A stretch of 30,784 bases of DNA from IMG/VR virus record IMGVR_UViG_2854558644_000001. One strand, 5' to 3'. Positions 1-8,400 of this stretch are shown one piece after another. This DNA is from a virus (taxonomy: Duplodnaviria; Heunggongvirae; Uroviricota; Caudoviricetes). The position numbers and the translations under genes are program-made. Below the pieces are notes generated by a model that saw nothing but the letters and a program-made list of their open reading frames with translations, was not told where the DNA came from and did not search any database. Numbering within the stretch: the first letter of the stretch is position 1; each line of letters begins with the position of its first letter.

Positions 1-675
1 ATGAGATACTTATGCGAGAATATTCAGGGCTGTGTTCTTGGTTACACGCAGTCAGATGAGATTACACTTATTCTTGTTGATTATAAGAAACTTACATCTT
101 CAGCATGGTTTGATTATGAAGTTCAGAAGATTTGTAGTATTGCAGCAAGTATGGCTACTATGGCATTTAATAGGGCTTTTGCTAATAATGTAGGAGATTA
201 TTGTACATATACTTACGAATGTATGGATAATACTCATGAAAACTATGAACATATTTTATCTTTAGCAGTTGATAAAGGTGCAATGTTCGATGCTCGTTGT
301 TTCAATATTCCAAAAGAAGAAGTAACAAATCTCGTATATTGGCGACAACTTGATGCTTCTCGTAATTCAATTCAGATGGTAGGTCAAGCCAATTTCTCAC
401 ACAAGGAATTACAGAATAAGTCATGTAATGATATTCAGGATATGCTTATGACTCAGAAAGGCATCAACTGGAATGATTTGCCGACTTATCAAAAGCGTGG
501 AAGTTGCTGTGTAAGAAATAAGATTATTATTGAATCTGATGGTGTCATGGCAACTGCACATTTAAGAGATTTTTCTAAATCAGAAAATGAGTGGATTATT
601 GATACAGATATTCCTATTTTCAAGGGTGAAGGTAGAGAATATATTGATAGATTGGTATTTATTGGTGAAGAGTAA
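1..675 (+). CDS. tRNA-His guanylyltransferase Thg1-like protein (3'-5' polymerase family), 5'-truncated by window edge
   Basis: Thg1 motifs GYTQSDEITLIL, KICSIAASMAT, FDARCF, YWRQLDASRNSI; the N-terminal catalytic DG motif is missing, so the gene likely starts upstream. Confidence 0.9.
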   Translation: MRYLCENIQGCVLGYTQSDEITLILVDYKKLTSSAWFDYEVQKICSIAASMATMAFNRAFANNVGDYCTYTYECMDNTHENYEHILSLAVDKGAMFDARCFNIPKEEVTNLVYWRQLDASRNSIQMVGQANFSHKELQNKSCNDIQDMLMTQKGINWNDLPTYQKRGSCCVRNKIIIESDGVMATAHLRDFSKSENEWIIDTDIPIFKGEGREYIDRLVFIGEE

Positions 676-680
676 ATAAC

Positions 681-728
681 ATACCATATATAGTGAGCGT
701 AAAGCATAACAAACACTATATATGGTAT
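681..728. promoter_or_regulatory. Two NrdR-box-like sites 32 bp apart, forming a perfect 16-bp inverted repeat (680-695/714-729)
   Basis: ataccatatatagtga (681-696) and acactatatatggtat (713-728) resemble the NrdR consensus acaCwAtATaTwGtgt; spacing fits tandem NrdR boxes. Confidence 0.55.
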
Positions 729-743
729 GAAAATCAAGACCGA

Positions 744-763
744 ATGAAACTGACATTTCTTGG
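744..763. repeat. Junction palindrome copy 1
   Basis: atgaaa-ctgaca-tttctt-gg, intergenic between the Thg1 gene and ORF 789. Confidence 0.6.
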
Positions 764-788
764 TGCAATTTTAAAGGAGAATTATAGA

Positions 789-959
789 ATGAGCGATATT
801 TGTAAAGACAGAGAAGTTTTAAGACCTAAATACGAACAGTTTGTTCAGACCGAGAGAGGTAAAGAGTGGAAACATTTTTGGCAGAGTCAAACAGGTTCAG
901 AAAGAAGTGGAGATTTTGGTGATTATTTGTATGACTTTTATCCAGAAATGTTGCAGTAA
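789..959 (+). CDS. Small phage hypothetical protein (56 aa)
   Basis: SD aaggaga at 774-780 before ATG 789; the track extension to 693 crosses the regulatory repeats. Confidence 0.7.
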   Translation: MSDICKDREVLRPKYEQFVQTERGKEWKHFWQSQTGSERSGDFGDYLYDFYPEMLQ

Positions 960-970
960 GGAGAAAATAA

Positions 971-1219
971 ATGGCGAAAAAAGAAGGTTTTGGTGTAAGT
1001 CCAATAACAAATACAATCTACTATGGAACACAGGATACAGAAAAACATATGTGGATTGGACAGAAAATAGATGTTACAGATGATGTGATAGCTGCTGTAT
1101 ATGCATGGTTTATGGGCAATATGGAAGACTCAGAAGGCAAGAAAGAAGAATATCAGATTTCATATCCTAGCACAGAGTTTGAATTAGTAATGAGAAGAAA
1201 GAAAACAGAGAATATATAG
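971..1219 (+). CDS. Phage hypothetical protein
   Basis: SD aaggag, ATG, operon packing. Confidence 0.8.
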   Translation: MAKKEGFGVSPITNTIYYGTQDTEKHMWIGQKIDVTDDVIAAVYAWFMGNMEDSEGKKEEYQISYPSTEFELVMRRKKTENI

Positions 1220-1233
1220 TTAGGGGTGAGGAT

Positions 1234-1539
1234 GTGAGTATAGTGAATTTAAATTTACACACAATTGTATTGATTGTGTTGTGTCATTTAATTGGTGATT
1301 ATGTGTTGCAATGTGATTTTATTGCACAGACAAAAGGAAAGAATTGGTATCATTTATTTGTACATTGTGCATTATATTGTGTTCCATTCTTAATAGCATT
1401 CGGTTGGACATGGCAGTTGGCAGTAATCTTTATTTCACATCTGATTATTGATCCGTTGAAAGCAAGATGGAATAAGATTACATATACTACAGACCAGACA
1501 TTACATTATATAATCGGAATGCTTTATCTTATTGGTTAA
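1234..1539 (+). CDS. DUF3307-like membrane protein
   Basis: HLIGDYVLQ, HCALY and SHLIIDPLK motifs in a hydrophobic protein; exact start uncertain. Confidence 0.75.
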   Translation: MSIVNLNLHTIVLIVLCHLIGDYVLQCDFIAQTKGKNWYHLFVHCALYCVPFLIAFGWTWQLAVIFISHLIIDPLKARWNKITYTTDQTLHYIIGMLYLIG

Positions 1540-1602
1540 TCAACCAAACAATTTCCAATAAAAATGAAAATCGAATAGAGAATAAACATATAGGAGAGTC
1601 TT

Positions 1603-1800
1603 ATGTGGATTAACAGAACAAAATATGAAGTAGAAAAACTGAAATATAGACAGAGAATATCTTATTTAGAGAATCTTATCTGTCCATGTGAGTCACATGA
1701 TTATGTTGAAATAGATTACGAAATTATAGACGAACATAGTACAGTAAAACACATTTTCAGATGTAAGAAATGTGGAAAATTACACGATGAATTAAGTTGA
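1603..1800 (+). CDS. Small Cys/His (zinc-ribbon-like) phage protein
   Basis: SD aggag; CPCESH ... CKKCG. Confidence 0.75.
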   Translation: MWINRTKYEVEKLKYRQRISYLENLICPCESHDYVEIDYEIIDEHSTVKHIFRCKKCGKLHDELS

Positions 1801-1801
1801 T

Positions 1802-1823
1802 TGTAAATCACTGTTTCATTTGG
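1802..1823. repeat. Junction palindrome copy 2
   Basis: tgtaaa-tcactg-tttcat-ttgg, 1 nt after the stop at 1800. Confidence 0.6.
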
Positions 1824-1843
1824 AATTTTGAGGAGGTGAGAAT

Positions 1844-2338
1844 ATGGAAGTAAGAGTTAGATTATCGGATGCACATAATACAATTAAAGAATATGAAAAC
1901 TTGGGATACAGATTTATCGGATCAAGACAAGATATTGAATATGTAAACCTTTTCTTTGAACCAAAAGAGAATAATGTAACAGATATAAAATTTAACATCG
2001 GAGATTTCATAGAAAATAGAGATGGAAGAATTGGTTACATTTCAGATATATGTCATTGCGATGAATGTAAAAAGCGTGGGTTCTTTGAACCAACAATTCA
2101 GTATTCAGATGGTACAAGCGATTACATATCAAATTATTCTGTAAAATACGTTTCCAAAGACTATAAACAGATTGGTACTCAGAAGTTCGATAATGACTAT
2201 TATGAGAAAGAAATTGAAAGATTGAAACATCAATTAGAGATGGAGAAAAGTAAAAGTGCTTATTGGAAGATGAAAGCCAATGGTGAAGAACCTGTTTTAA
2301 TGGGTACAAGAGAAAGAATGATTCACATTCTTCGATAG
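1844..2338 (+). CDS. Phage hypothetical protein, possibly a fusion of two modules
   Basis: SD gaggaggtga; internal AGAGAATA at 1966. Confidence 0.8.
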   Translation: MEVRVRLSDAHNTIKEYENLGYRFIGSRQDIEYVNLFFEPKENNVTDIKFNIGDFIENRDGRIGYISDICHCDECKKRGFFEPTIQYSDGTSDYISNYSVKYVSKDYKQIGTQKFDNDYYEKEIERLKHQLEMEKSKSAYWKMKANGEEPVLMGTRERMIHILR

Positions 2339-2369
2339 TAACAGAGAATATACAAGTGAGGTGATATGT

Positions 2370-2672
2370 ATAGAAGTAATTGAAACAAATCTAATCATTG
2401 ATGAAAATAATTTCATTCGAGATCATCAATCAAGAGTAGTCGAAGCAGACAGTTGGGACGAATATTGTAAAGCACATAAGAATTATGATGGTAAAGCAGT
2501 TTTGTTCAAATCAAAAGTTATGAAAGGTAACAGCATCCAATCTAATTGTAAAATTTCAAATCTGAAATATGATGAAATGCATTTGTCTTGTAATATCACA
2601 AAATTAAAAGATAATGGAGAAGAAATCTTTACAGATAAAAGATTAGCATATCGAATAGTTGATCCGACTTAA
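2370..2672 (+). CDS. Phage hypothetical protein (proposed ATA start 2370; track GTG 2361)
   Basis: The GTG lies inside the SD AGGTGA (2359-2364); in-frame ATA is 5 nt downstream. Confidence 0.7.
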   Translation: MEVIETNLIIDENNFIRDHQSRVVEADSWDEYCKAHKNYDGKAVLFKSKVMKGNSIQSNCKISNLKYDEMHLSCNITKLKDNGEEIFTDKRLAYRIVDPT

Positions 2673-2720
2673 TCAAGTCAAAAAAAATTCCAAAACAAAT
2701 AACTGAATAGTGAATATATG

Positions 2721-2830
2721 AATGGGTGGAAGAACAGCATACCCTTGGGCTTTTGCGCTCAAAAATCACTGTTGAAGATAGATTTTCACATAAATTTATT
2801 TTCTGTGTTCCAGTCGTAAGACTGTTCAAA
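2721..2830 (+). other. Candidate structured leader RNA upstream of the replication operon
   Basis: Successive hairpins gggt/accc, ttgggc/gctcaa, tgaaga/ttttca, cagtc-GTAA-gactg; gaacag 2732 can pair with ctgttc 2822. Confidence 0.4.
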
Positions 2831-2878
2831 TATAGTTATCAAAAAATTTTATTACATATTATAAGGAGGATTCATTTA

Positions 2879-4090
2879 ATGAATTTTGAAATGACAGGAA
2901 AGTTAAGTATTCCAAAGGAGACAGAGAAGTTTCATCCTGATACCGAAAAAACTTATGAGTCTGGTTGGGTGCGTAAACAGTTAATGTTTAATGTAACTTG
3001 CGGAGACAACAGACACATGATGACTGCTACATCGGGTGCTTTTGCGGATGGTCATGGTGATGTGCACACATTTTCTAAGAATGGTGTAGATGAAAATGGT
3101 AATAAGGTTAAGGGTGAATTATTAAAGATTCCATTTAAGGAGAGACTTACATCATCAAAGTTAGCAGAAGTTGCAGAGTTCAAGAAGTTTATCTTTGATC
3201 TTGAAAAGCCAGGTCGTAGATATAAACTTGAAAAGGCTGCGGAAAAGGTTAAGGAAGGAACAAACCTTACTGATGAAGAGTTAAAAGAGATTGGTATTGA
3301 GAATGAAGCAGATGTAAATGCGGAGCTTGAAAAGAGTAACAAAAGAAGACATGAATTTATTTCAGAATGGGATTTCATCGACTTTATTAAGAAGGTTATT
3401 GATAGTGGAAAGTATTCTGATGAGAAGTTCTTCATTCGTGGAAATGGCGAGTATCGGTATTCAGACAAAAATCAGAGAGTTTATGAATCATATGTTCCTA
3501 ATCGTATTTATCTCGCAGCAGACGATGCAGAAGAGAGTTCAACAGCTACAATTAATGTCTTATTTAACTCAGAGAGTTTAGATGATATGAGTGTAGAAGA
3601 GAAGGGTAAGTATTATGTAAATGGATACATGATGGAATATGACAATAATCGTAAGGGTAATATTGCTGTGCCAGTTACAATTACAATTCCAGTTCCTTCA
3701 GACGATGCTGATGAAAAGGCTAAGAAGAGAGCAGAGTCAATCAAGCATAAATTTATTGTTGATGATGATACGTTCAAGGAATATGGTGCGGTCGTTAATA
3801 TGCTTAATGGTGCTCAGAAGACAGAGATTACAGAGGACATGCTTACTGATGAACAGAAGGATGACTTAGAGTGTGGTCTTATTACTATGGATGATATTCG
3901 TGCAGAACTTGGTGGAAGTGTATATGGTGAAAGAATTAGAGAGTATCAGTTCTTAAAGCCAGCAAAGGGATTCACTAAGGGCAGACAGGACACGGTATAT
4001 ACAGAAGATGATATGGTAATTAAGCCACTTGAAGAGGAGCTTCCAGAAGGAACAGAAGACCTCTTTGAAGATGACGATGATGAACTTTAA
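2879..4090 (+). CDS. Putative phage ssDNA-binding protein (SPbeta YorF position)
   Basis: SD aaggagga then ATG 2879; acidic tail DLFEDDDDEL; first gene of the replication module. Confidence 0.6.
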   Translation: MNFEMTGKLSIPKETEKFHPDTEKTYESGWVRKQLMFNVTCGDNRHMMTATSGAFADGHGDVHTFSKNGVDENGNKVKGELLKIPFKERLTSSKLAEVAEFKKFIFDLEKPGRRYKLEKAAEKVKEGTNLTDEELKEIGIENEADVNAELEKSNKRRHEFISEWDFIDFIKKVIDSGKYSDEKFFIRGNGEYRYSDKNQRVYESYVPNRIYLAADDAEESSTATINVLFNSESLDDMSVEEKGKYYVNGYMMEYDNNRKGNIAVPVTITIPVPSDDADEKAKKRAESIKHKFIVDDDTFKEYGAVVNMLNGAQKTEITEDMLTDEQKDDLECGLITMDDIRAELGGSVYGERIREYQFLKPAKGFTKGRQDTVYTEDDMVIKPLEEELPEGTEDLFEDDDDEL

Positions 4091-4163
4091 AAGAGATGAG
4101 GGCAAATGCCCTTCTCTCGATAATAACAAATAAAAATATGATTATTTAAAAGGAGATATACAT

Positions 4164-5309
4164 ATGGCATTTCAGAAACCAACAATTAATGTAATTAAAC
4201 CAGATATTAAGAACTTATCAATCTATCTTAGGAGTACAAAGAAATTCGGCAAGTCAACATTATTTAGAGATGTAATTCTTGAAAAGTATGGAGATCCATC
4301 AAGAGGTTTGCTTGTAGGTTGTGGAAATGAGAAAGGTTATAAGATGCTTGATAATCTGAATGCTACTCAGGTTAAGACATATAAGGATTTACAGGAATTA
4401 GCTGATTGGTTAATTAACGAGAAGGGTAAGGAACACAATATTGAAATGGTAGCTTTTGATACTGGTGATGAGCTTGCACTTATTGCAGATACAGAAACTA
4501 TTCGTCAAAGCAATGTTGAAAATCCTAACAAGAAGTGTAAGTCAATTAAGGCTGCATTTGGTGGATATACAGCAGGAGAGAAGTATTCTGCAAATGATAT
4601 TATTAAGCCTTATATGACAAAGCTTGAAGATGCAGGTTTTGGTGTATGGGTAATTGCACATACTAAATTTAAGACAATTAAGGAAAAGGGTGGTCTTGAA
4701 GAGGATGGATATATGCAGTTATCTTCAAATATGGGAGCAGATTATGAAGCTGCTTTTGGTGACATTTTTGATGTAACTCTTACAGGTGTTATTGATCGTG
4801 ACCTTGAAGAAAAGAAGGTTGGGGATAAAGTAAAGAAGTATGCAACAGATACAGTTCGTAAACTTTATTTTAGAGGAACAACACTTATTGATGCAGGTGG
4901 ACGTTTTGCAGATGGTGCAGTGCCAGAATATATGGTATTTGATAAGCCTAATATGGCGGCTGATTTTATTAGAGTAGTCGAGGAAGGTATGGAAAAGTCA
5001 AAGTCTACTATCGGTAAGAAGTCTACCCCTAAGAAGACAACGCCAGTTAAGGAAGAAAAGGTTACTGAACCTGATCCTATTGAGGAAGACGATATTGATG
5101 ATATCGACACACCAGTAGAGGATACAATTGAAGAGACAACAGAAACTTCTGCATATCCAGATGATTTAGATGCTGTTATTCGTAAGATGTATAAGGAGTG
5201 CAAAGATGCAGAACTCAAGGCTTCTGTTAAGAATGTAATTGCTGAGTATGGTAAGCTTAATGATGTCGATGAGGACGGATTAAAGAGAATCTATGACATG
5301 ATGAACTAA
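4164..5309 (+). CDS. AAA_24/Sak4-like P-loop ATPase (YorG-like recombination protein)
   Basis: Walker A variant STKKFGKST, Walker B AFDT, acidic low-complexity linker near the C-terminus. Confidence 0.75.
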   Translation: MAFQKPTINVIKPDIKNLSIYLRSTKKFGKSTLFRDVILEKYGDPSRGLLVGCGNEKGYKMLDNLNATQVKTYKDLQELADWLINEKGKEHNIEMVAFDTGDELALIADTETIRQSNVENPNKKCKSIKAAFGGYTAGEKYSANDIIKPYMTKLEDAGFGVWVIAHTKFKTIKEKGGLEEDGYMQLSSNMGADYEAAFGDIFDVTLTGVIDRDLEEKKVGDKVKKYATDTVRKLYFRGTTLIDAGGRFADGAVPEYMVFDKPNMAADFIRVVEEGMEKSKSTIGKKSTPKKTTPVKEEKVTEPDPIEEDDIDDIDTPVEDTIEETTETSAYPDDLDAVIRKMYKECKDAELKASVKNVIAEYGKLNDVDEDGLKRIYDMMN

Positions 5310-5321
5310 AAGGAGTAACAC

Positions 5322-5801
5322 ATGCTGGTTAAATGCAGACTGTGTGGTACTAAAGTAGATAGAAATGAAGCATTCAAAGTAGTAGTAGGTGGTAAGAACA
5401 CCTACTATTGCAATGAAGCTGAATATCAGAAAGTATTGCACGAAAAGGAAATAAAAGACAATACATACGAATGTATTAATCAGATATTTGGATATAAAGT
5501 TTTGAATTCTGCTTTGTTCAAAGAGATAAATCTTTTATTGGATGTGTATTCTTATGAATATATTTTGGCATATCTAACAGAGAATAAAGAATATATAACA
5601 AAGATTCTTGAAAAGGATTTTGTAAGTGAATATGCAAAAATTCGGTATTTCGCTGCGATACTTAAAAATAATTTGGCTGACTTTAGAATGAAAGAGCCTG
5701 AAAAACCGAGAAAAGTTGAAGTTGATATGCCAATTATGAATTATAAGAGAAGAAATAAACGTAGAAGTTTATCTGAAATTGAAGAAAGCGTAGGTGATTA
5801 A
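5322..5801 (+). CDS. Zn-finger protein (YorH position), possible helicase loader/initiator
   Basis: CRLCG...YYC; located between the ATPase and the helicase. Confidence 0.65.
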   Translation: MLVKCRLCGTKVDRNEAFKVVVGGKNTYYCNEAEYQKVLHEKEIKDNTYECINQIFGYKVLNSALFKEINLLLDVYSYEYILAYLTENKEYITKILEKDFVSEYAKIRYFAAILKNNLADFRMKEPEKPRKVEVDMPIMNYKRRNKRRSLSEIEESVGD

Positions 5802-7353
5802 CATAAGTGAATTTATTACAGGTGTAAAAGAGAAATATCCTGCTCAATTGTTAAAAGGTAGAATTGAGTACGAAGGTAATGTTATCAGTTGTTTTTTCAA
5901 GGATATGCTTCTGCTTGATGATACAACATTTGAACAAAAAGATTTTATTACAGCAGATGGTCTTTTTTATTTTTCATTGTTGAAAAATCTGAGAAAGAAA
6001 GGTTTTTATTCCTTAGATGAAATAACTATCTTATCAAATATGAACGAAGAAGTTATTGAGAAATTTGAGGATAAGGGTGGTTGGGATACAATTCAACACC
6101 AAATTGATATTATCAATACTCAGAATTTTGATACATATATAGATATTCTTTATAGAGAGAATATTATGTTGAACATGTATAAGGATGGTTTCAATCTTTT
6201 GCAGGAAATAACTGTAGGAGATAAAAAGGTAATACCTTTGAAATTGTTCAGAAAGATGACTGCCGAAGAAGTAACAGATTGGTATGAAGCTCGTATATCT
6301 AGTTATGGAACTGGTTATAGCAGTAAAATACTTGAAGAGGAAGAAATTGATTTTGATGATGAATTCATAGAGTCTTGTAAAGATGGCGAAGAAAATGGTG
6401 TACCATTTGATATTGCTGGCTATGATAAAAATGGTGAAGAGATGAACTGTTTTCCGTTTTTATCACGACAGATTATGGGATTGCTTGAAGGAACACTTAC
6501 AATGATGGGTGGATTCTCAAGTGCAGGTAAATCTACTTGGTGGATTACAATTCTTATGGCACTTCTGCATTATGATCGAAAAATTCTTATTATCTCCAAT
6601 GAGGAGAATATCAAAAAATTCAAGATTAAATTCATGGTTTGGTTGCTTGGAAAACGTAATAGATATTTTAAACTCACAAAAAAGAAAATGGCATCTGGCG
6701 ATATTAATGCTGAAAGCAGAGAACAGTTAACAGATGTACAGAAATTTTGGAGAGAGAATTATAAGGGCAGAGTTAAATTTATTTCCATTAACGATGCTGA
6801 CATGCGAGTTGTAAAGAAAAAAATTCGTGAGAATGTATTGAGATATGGGTATGACACTGTATTATATGACACATTTAAGATACAAGAAGGAGATTTTTCA
6901 TCTGCAAGACAAGACTTATCTCTCGTAAGAGATAGTCGTGAATTAGACAAATTAGCAAAGAAATACAATTTGATTATGCTTGCTTCTGTACAGTTAGCAG
7001 AGTATATGAAAGGAAAGTTATTCTTGGATGCAAGCTGTTTGAGTAATGCTAAACAGATTAAGGAAATATTGGAAAATCTATTCCTAATGAGAACTGTATA
7101 CGCAGAGGAATTGGATGAAAAGAGTAAGTTTTATTGTCGTCCATTCCGATTGAAAAAGGTCAATGATAAATGGATAGAAGAAGAGTATAAACCCGATCCT
7201 AATGCCGTATGGCGTATGGTTTTTGTTGAAAAAACAAGAAATGGCAACAATTCCAGTGATACAGGTGTTGCTTATCTTTTGAAGTTTTCAGGCGACCATT
7301 GCATTTTCAGAGAGACTTGTCAGTGTAGACCTCGACATGGAGAAATAAAATAA
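5794..7353 (+). CDS. DnaB-like replicative helicase (YorI-like); start possibly ATA 5803
   Basis: Walker A GGFSSAGKS, Walker B YDTF, ASVQL, VEKTRNG. Confidence 0.88.
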   Translation: MINISEFITGVKEKYPAQLLKGRIEYEGNVISCFFKDMLLLDDTTFEQKDFITADGLFYFSLLKNLRKKGFYSLDEITILSNMNEEVIEKFEDKGGWDTIQHQIDIINTQNFDTYIDILYRENIMLNMYKDGFNLLQEITVGDKKVIPLKLFRKMTAEEVTDWYEARISSYGTGYSSKILEEEEIDFDDEFIESCKDGEENGVPFDIAGYDKNGEEMNCFPFLSRQIMGLLEGTLTMMGGFSSAGKSTWWITILMALLHYDRKILIISNEENIKKFKIKFMVWLLGKRNRYFKLTKKKMASGDINAESREQLTDVQKFWRENYKGRVKFISINDADMRVVKKKIRENVLRYGYDTVLYDTFKIQEGDFSSARQDLSLVRDSRELDKLAKKYNLIMLASVQLAEYMKGKLFLDASCLSNAKQIKEILENLFLMRTVYAEELDEKSKFYCRPFRLKKVNDKWIEEEYKPDPNAVWRMVFVEKTRNGNNSSDTGVAYLLKFSGDHCIFRETCQCRPRHGEIK

Positions 7354-7371
7354 TAACTTTTGGAGTGATAT

Positions 7372-8400
7372 ATGTTAGCAGATATTAAGAAAGAATTGAT
7401 AAATCACCCAGATAAGCTTAAAGATGTGTTAGAACATTTTGGCTATTGTAACATAGTAATTCGTCCTAAATATATATCTTTTGGACGAGATGAAAAGTCA
7501 TCAAAGAAAAGTATAGTAATCAATCTTGAAAATAACGAGTATTTGTACACCATTGATTATGCGAGAAATATAAGAAAAGATATTTTTTCATATATCATTG
7601 AGCAAAGAAAGGTCGAATTTATAGATGTCCTTAATGAAGTAAGACATGCATTAGGAATTACAGATTATTATGATTTCTTTGATAGTAAAGGAATTTTTGG
7701 AGGATTTTATGAAAAGATTAGAAAGCGAAGAACTAATAAAGTCAATATATACGATGATTCCATCTTAGATTGCTATGTTAATTGTGGGAATACAAGGTTT
7801 CTTGCTGATAATATATCACTTCTTTCACAAAAATTTTTTAACATAAAGTACGATGTAGAATCACAAGGAATTGTTATTCCCATAAGAAATCAATTTGGAC
7901 AGTTAATGGGTGTTAAGGAACGATTCAATTATGATGTTCCTGATGGTGAAATGAAATATTTTTATGCTGTTCCTTGCAGCATGAGCCAAACATTATTTGG
8001 ATATTCTCAGAACTATGAATTTTTAGTAGATAATACTATCTATATCTTTGAAGCTGAGAAGAGTTGTATGCAGTGCTATTCATACGGAATAAGAAATTGT
8101 ATATCTCTTGGAAGCGGATCTATTTCTATTCAACAAGTCAAAATGCTTCTTGAATTAAATCCCAAACGAATAATCTTCCTACATGATGTAGGATATGGAC
8201 TTGAAAATATTATGAGAAATATTGATATGGTCAAAAATTATTCCAGGTTCACAGAAGTTGAACTTGGATATTGGAGTTATTTTGGTCGAGGATATAAAAA
8301 TAAAGTTTCGCCATCTGATTTAGGAAAAGAGTGTTTAGAAAATATTTTACAAAATGAGATAACAATGATTGGAGATGAGGATGACGAAGACGAATTATAA
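7372..8400 (+). CDS. TOPRIM DNA primase (YorJ-like)
   Basis: IVIPIRN...GVKER, YIFEAEKS, ISLG, FLHD; directly after the helicase. Confidence 0.8.
   Translation: MLADIKKELINHPDKLKDVLEHFGYCNIVIRPKYISFGRDEKSSKKSIVINLENNEYLYTIDYARNIRKDIFSYIIEQRKVEFIDVLNEVRHALGITDYYDFFDSKGIFGGFYEKIRKRRTNKVNIYDDSILDCYVNCGNTRFLADNISLLSQKFFNIKYDVESQGIVIPIRNQFGQLMGVKERFNYDVPDGEMKYFYAVPCSMSQTLFGYSQNYEFLVDNTIYIFEAEKSCMQCYSYGIRNCISLGSGSISIQQVKMLLELNPKRIIFLHDVGYGLENIMRNIDMVKNYSRFTEVELGYWSYFGRGYKNKVSPSDLGKECLENILQNEITMIGDEDDEDEL

Noticed and set aside
693-788. Track ORF start at 693
   Set aside because: Runs through the inverted repeat and a junction site; the SD supports ATG 789.
2726-2878. 51-aa N-terminal extension of the 454-aa ORF
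   Set aside because: No SD at 2726; strong SD before ATG 2879; the region looks like a structured leader.
4092-4118. Hairpin gagggca-aa-tgccctt as a terminator
   Set aside because: No U-tract and it lies mid-operon; at most an mRNA stability element.
7372-8400. Primase inactive because TOPRIM DxD reads HDVG
   Set aside because: The catalytic Glu motif is intact and, from recollection, DxG variants occur in this phage primase group; not enough to call it inactive.
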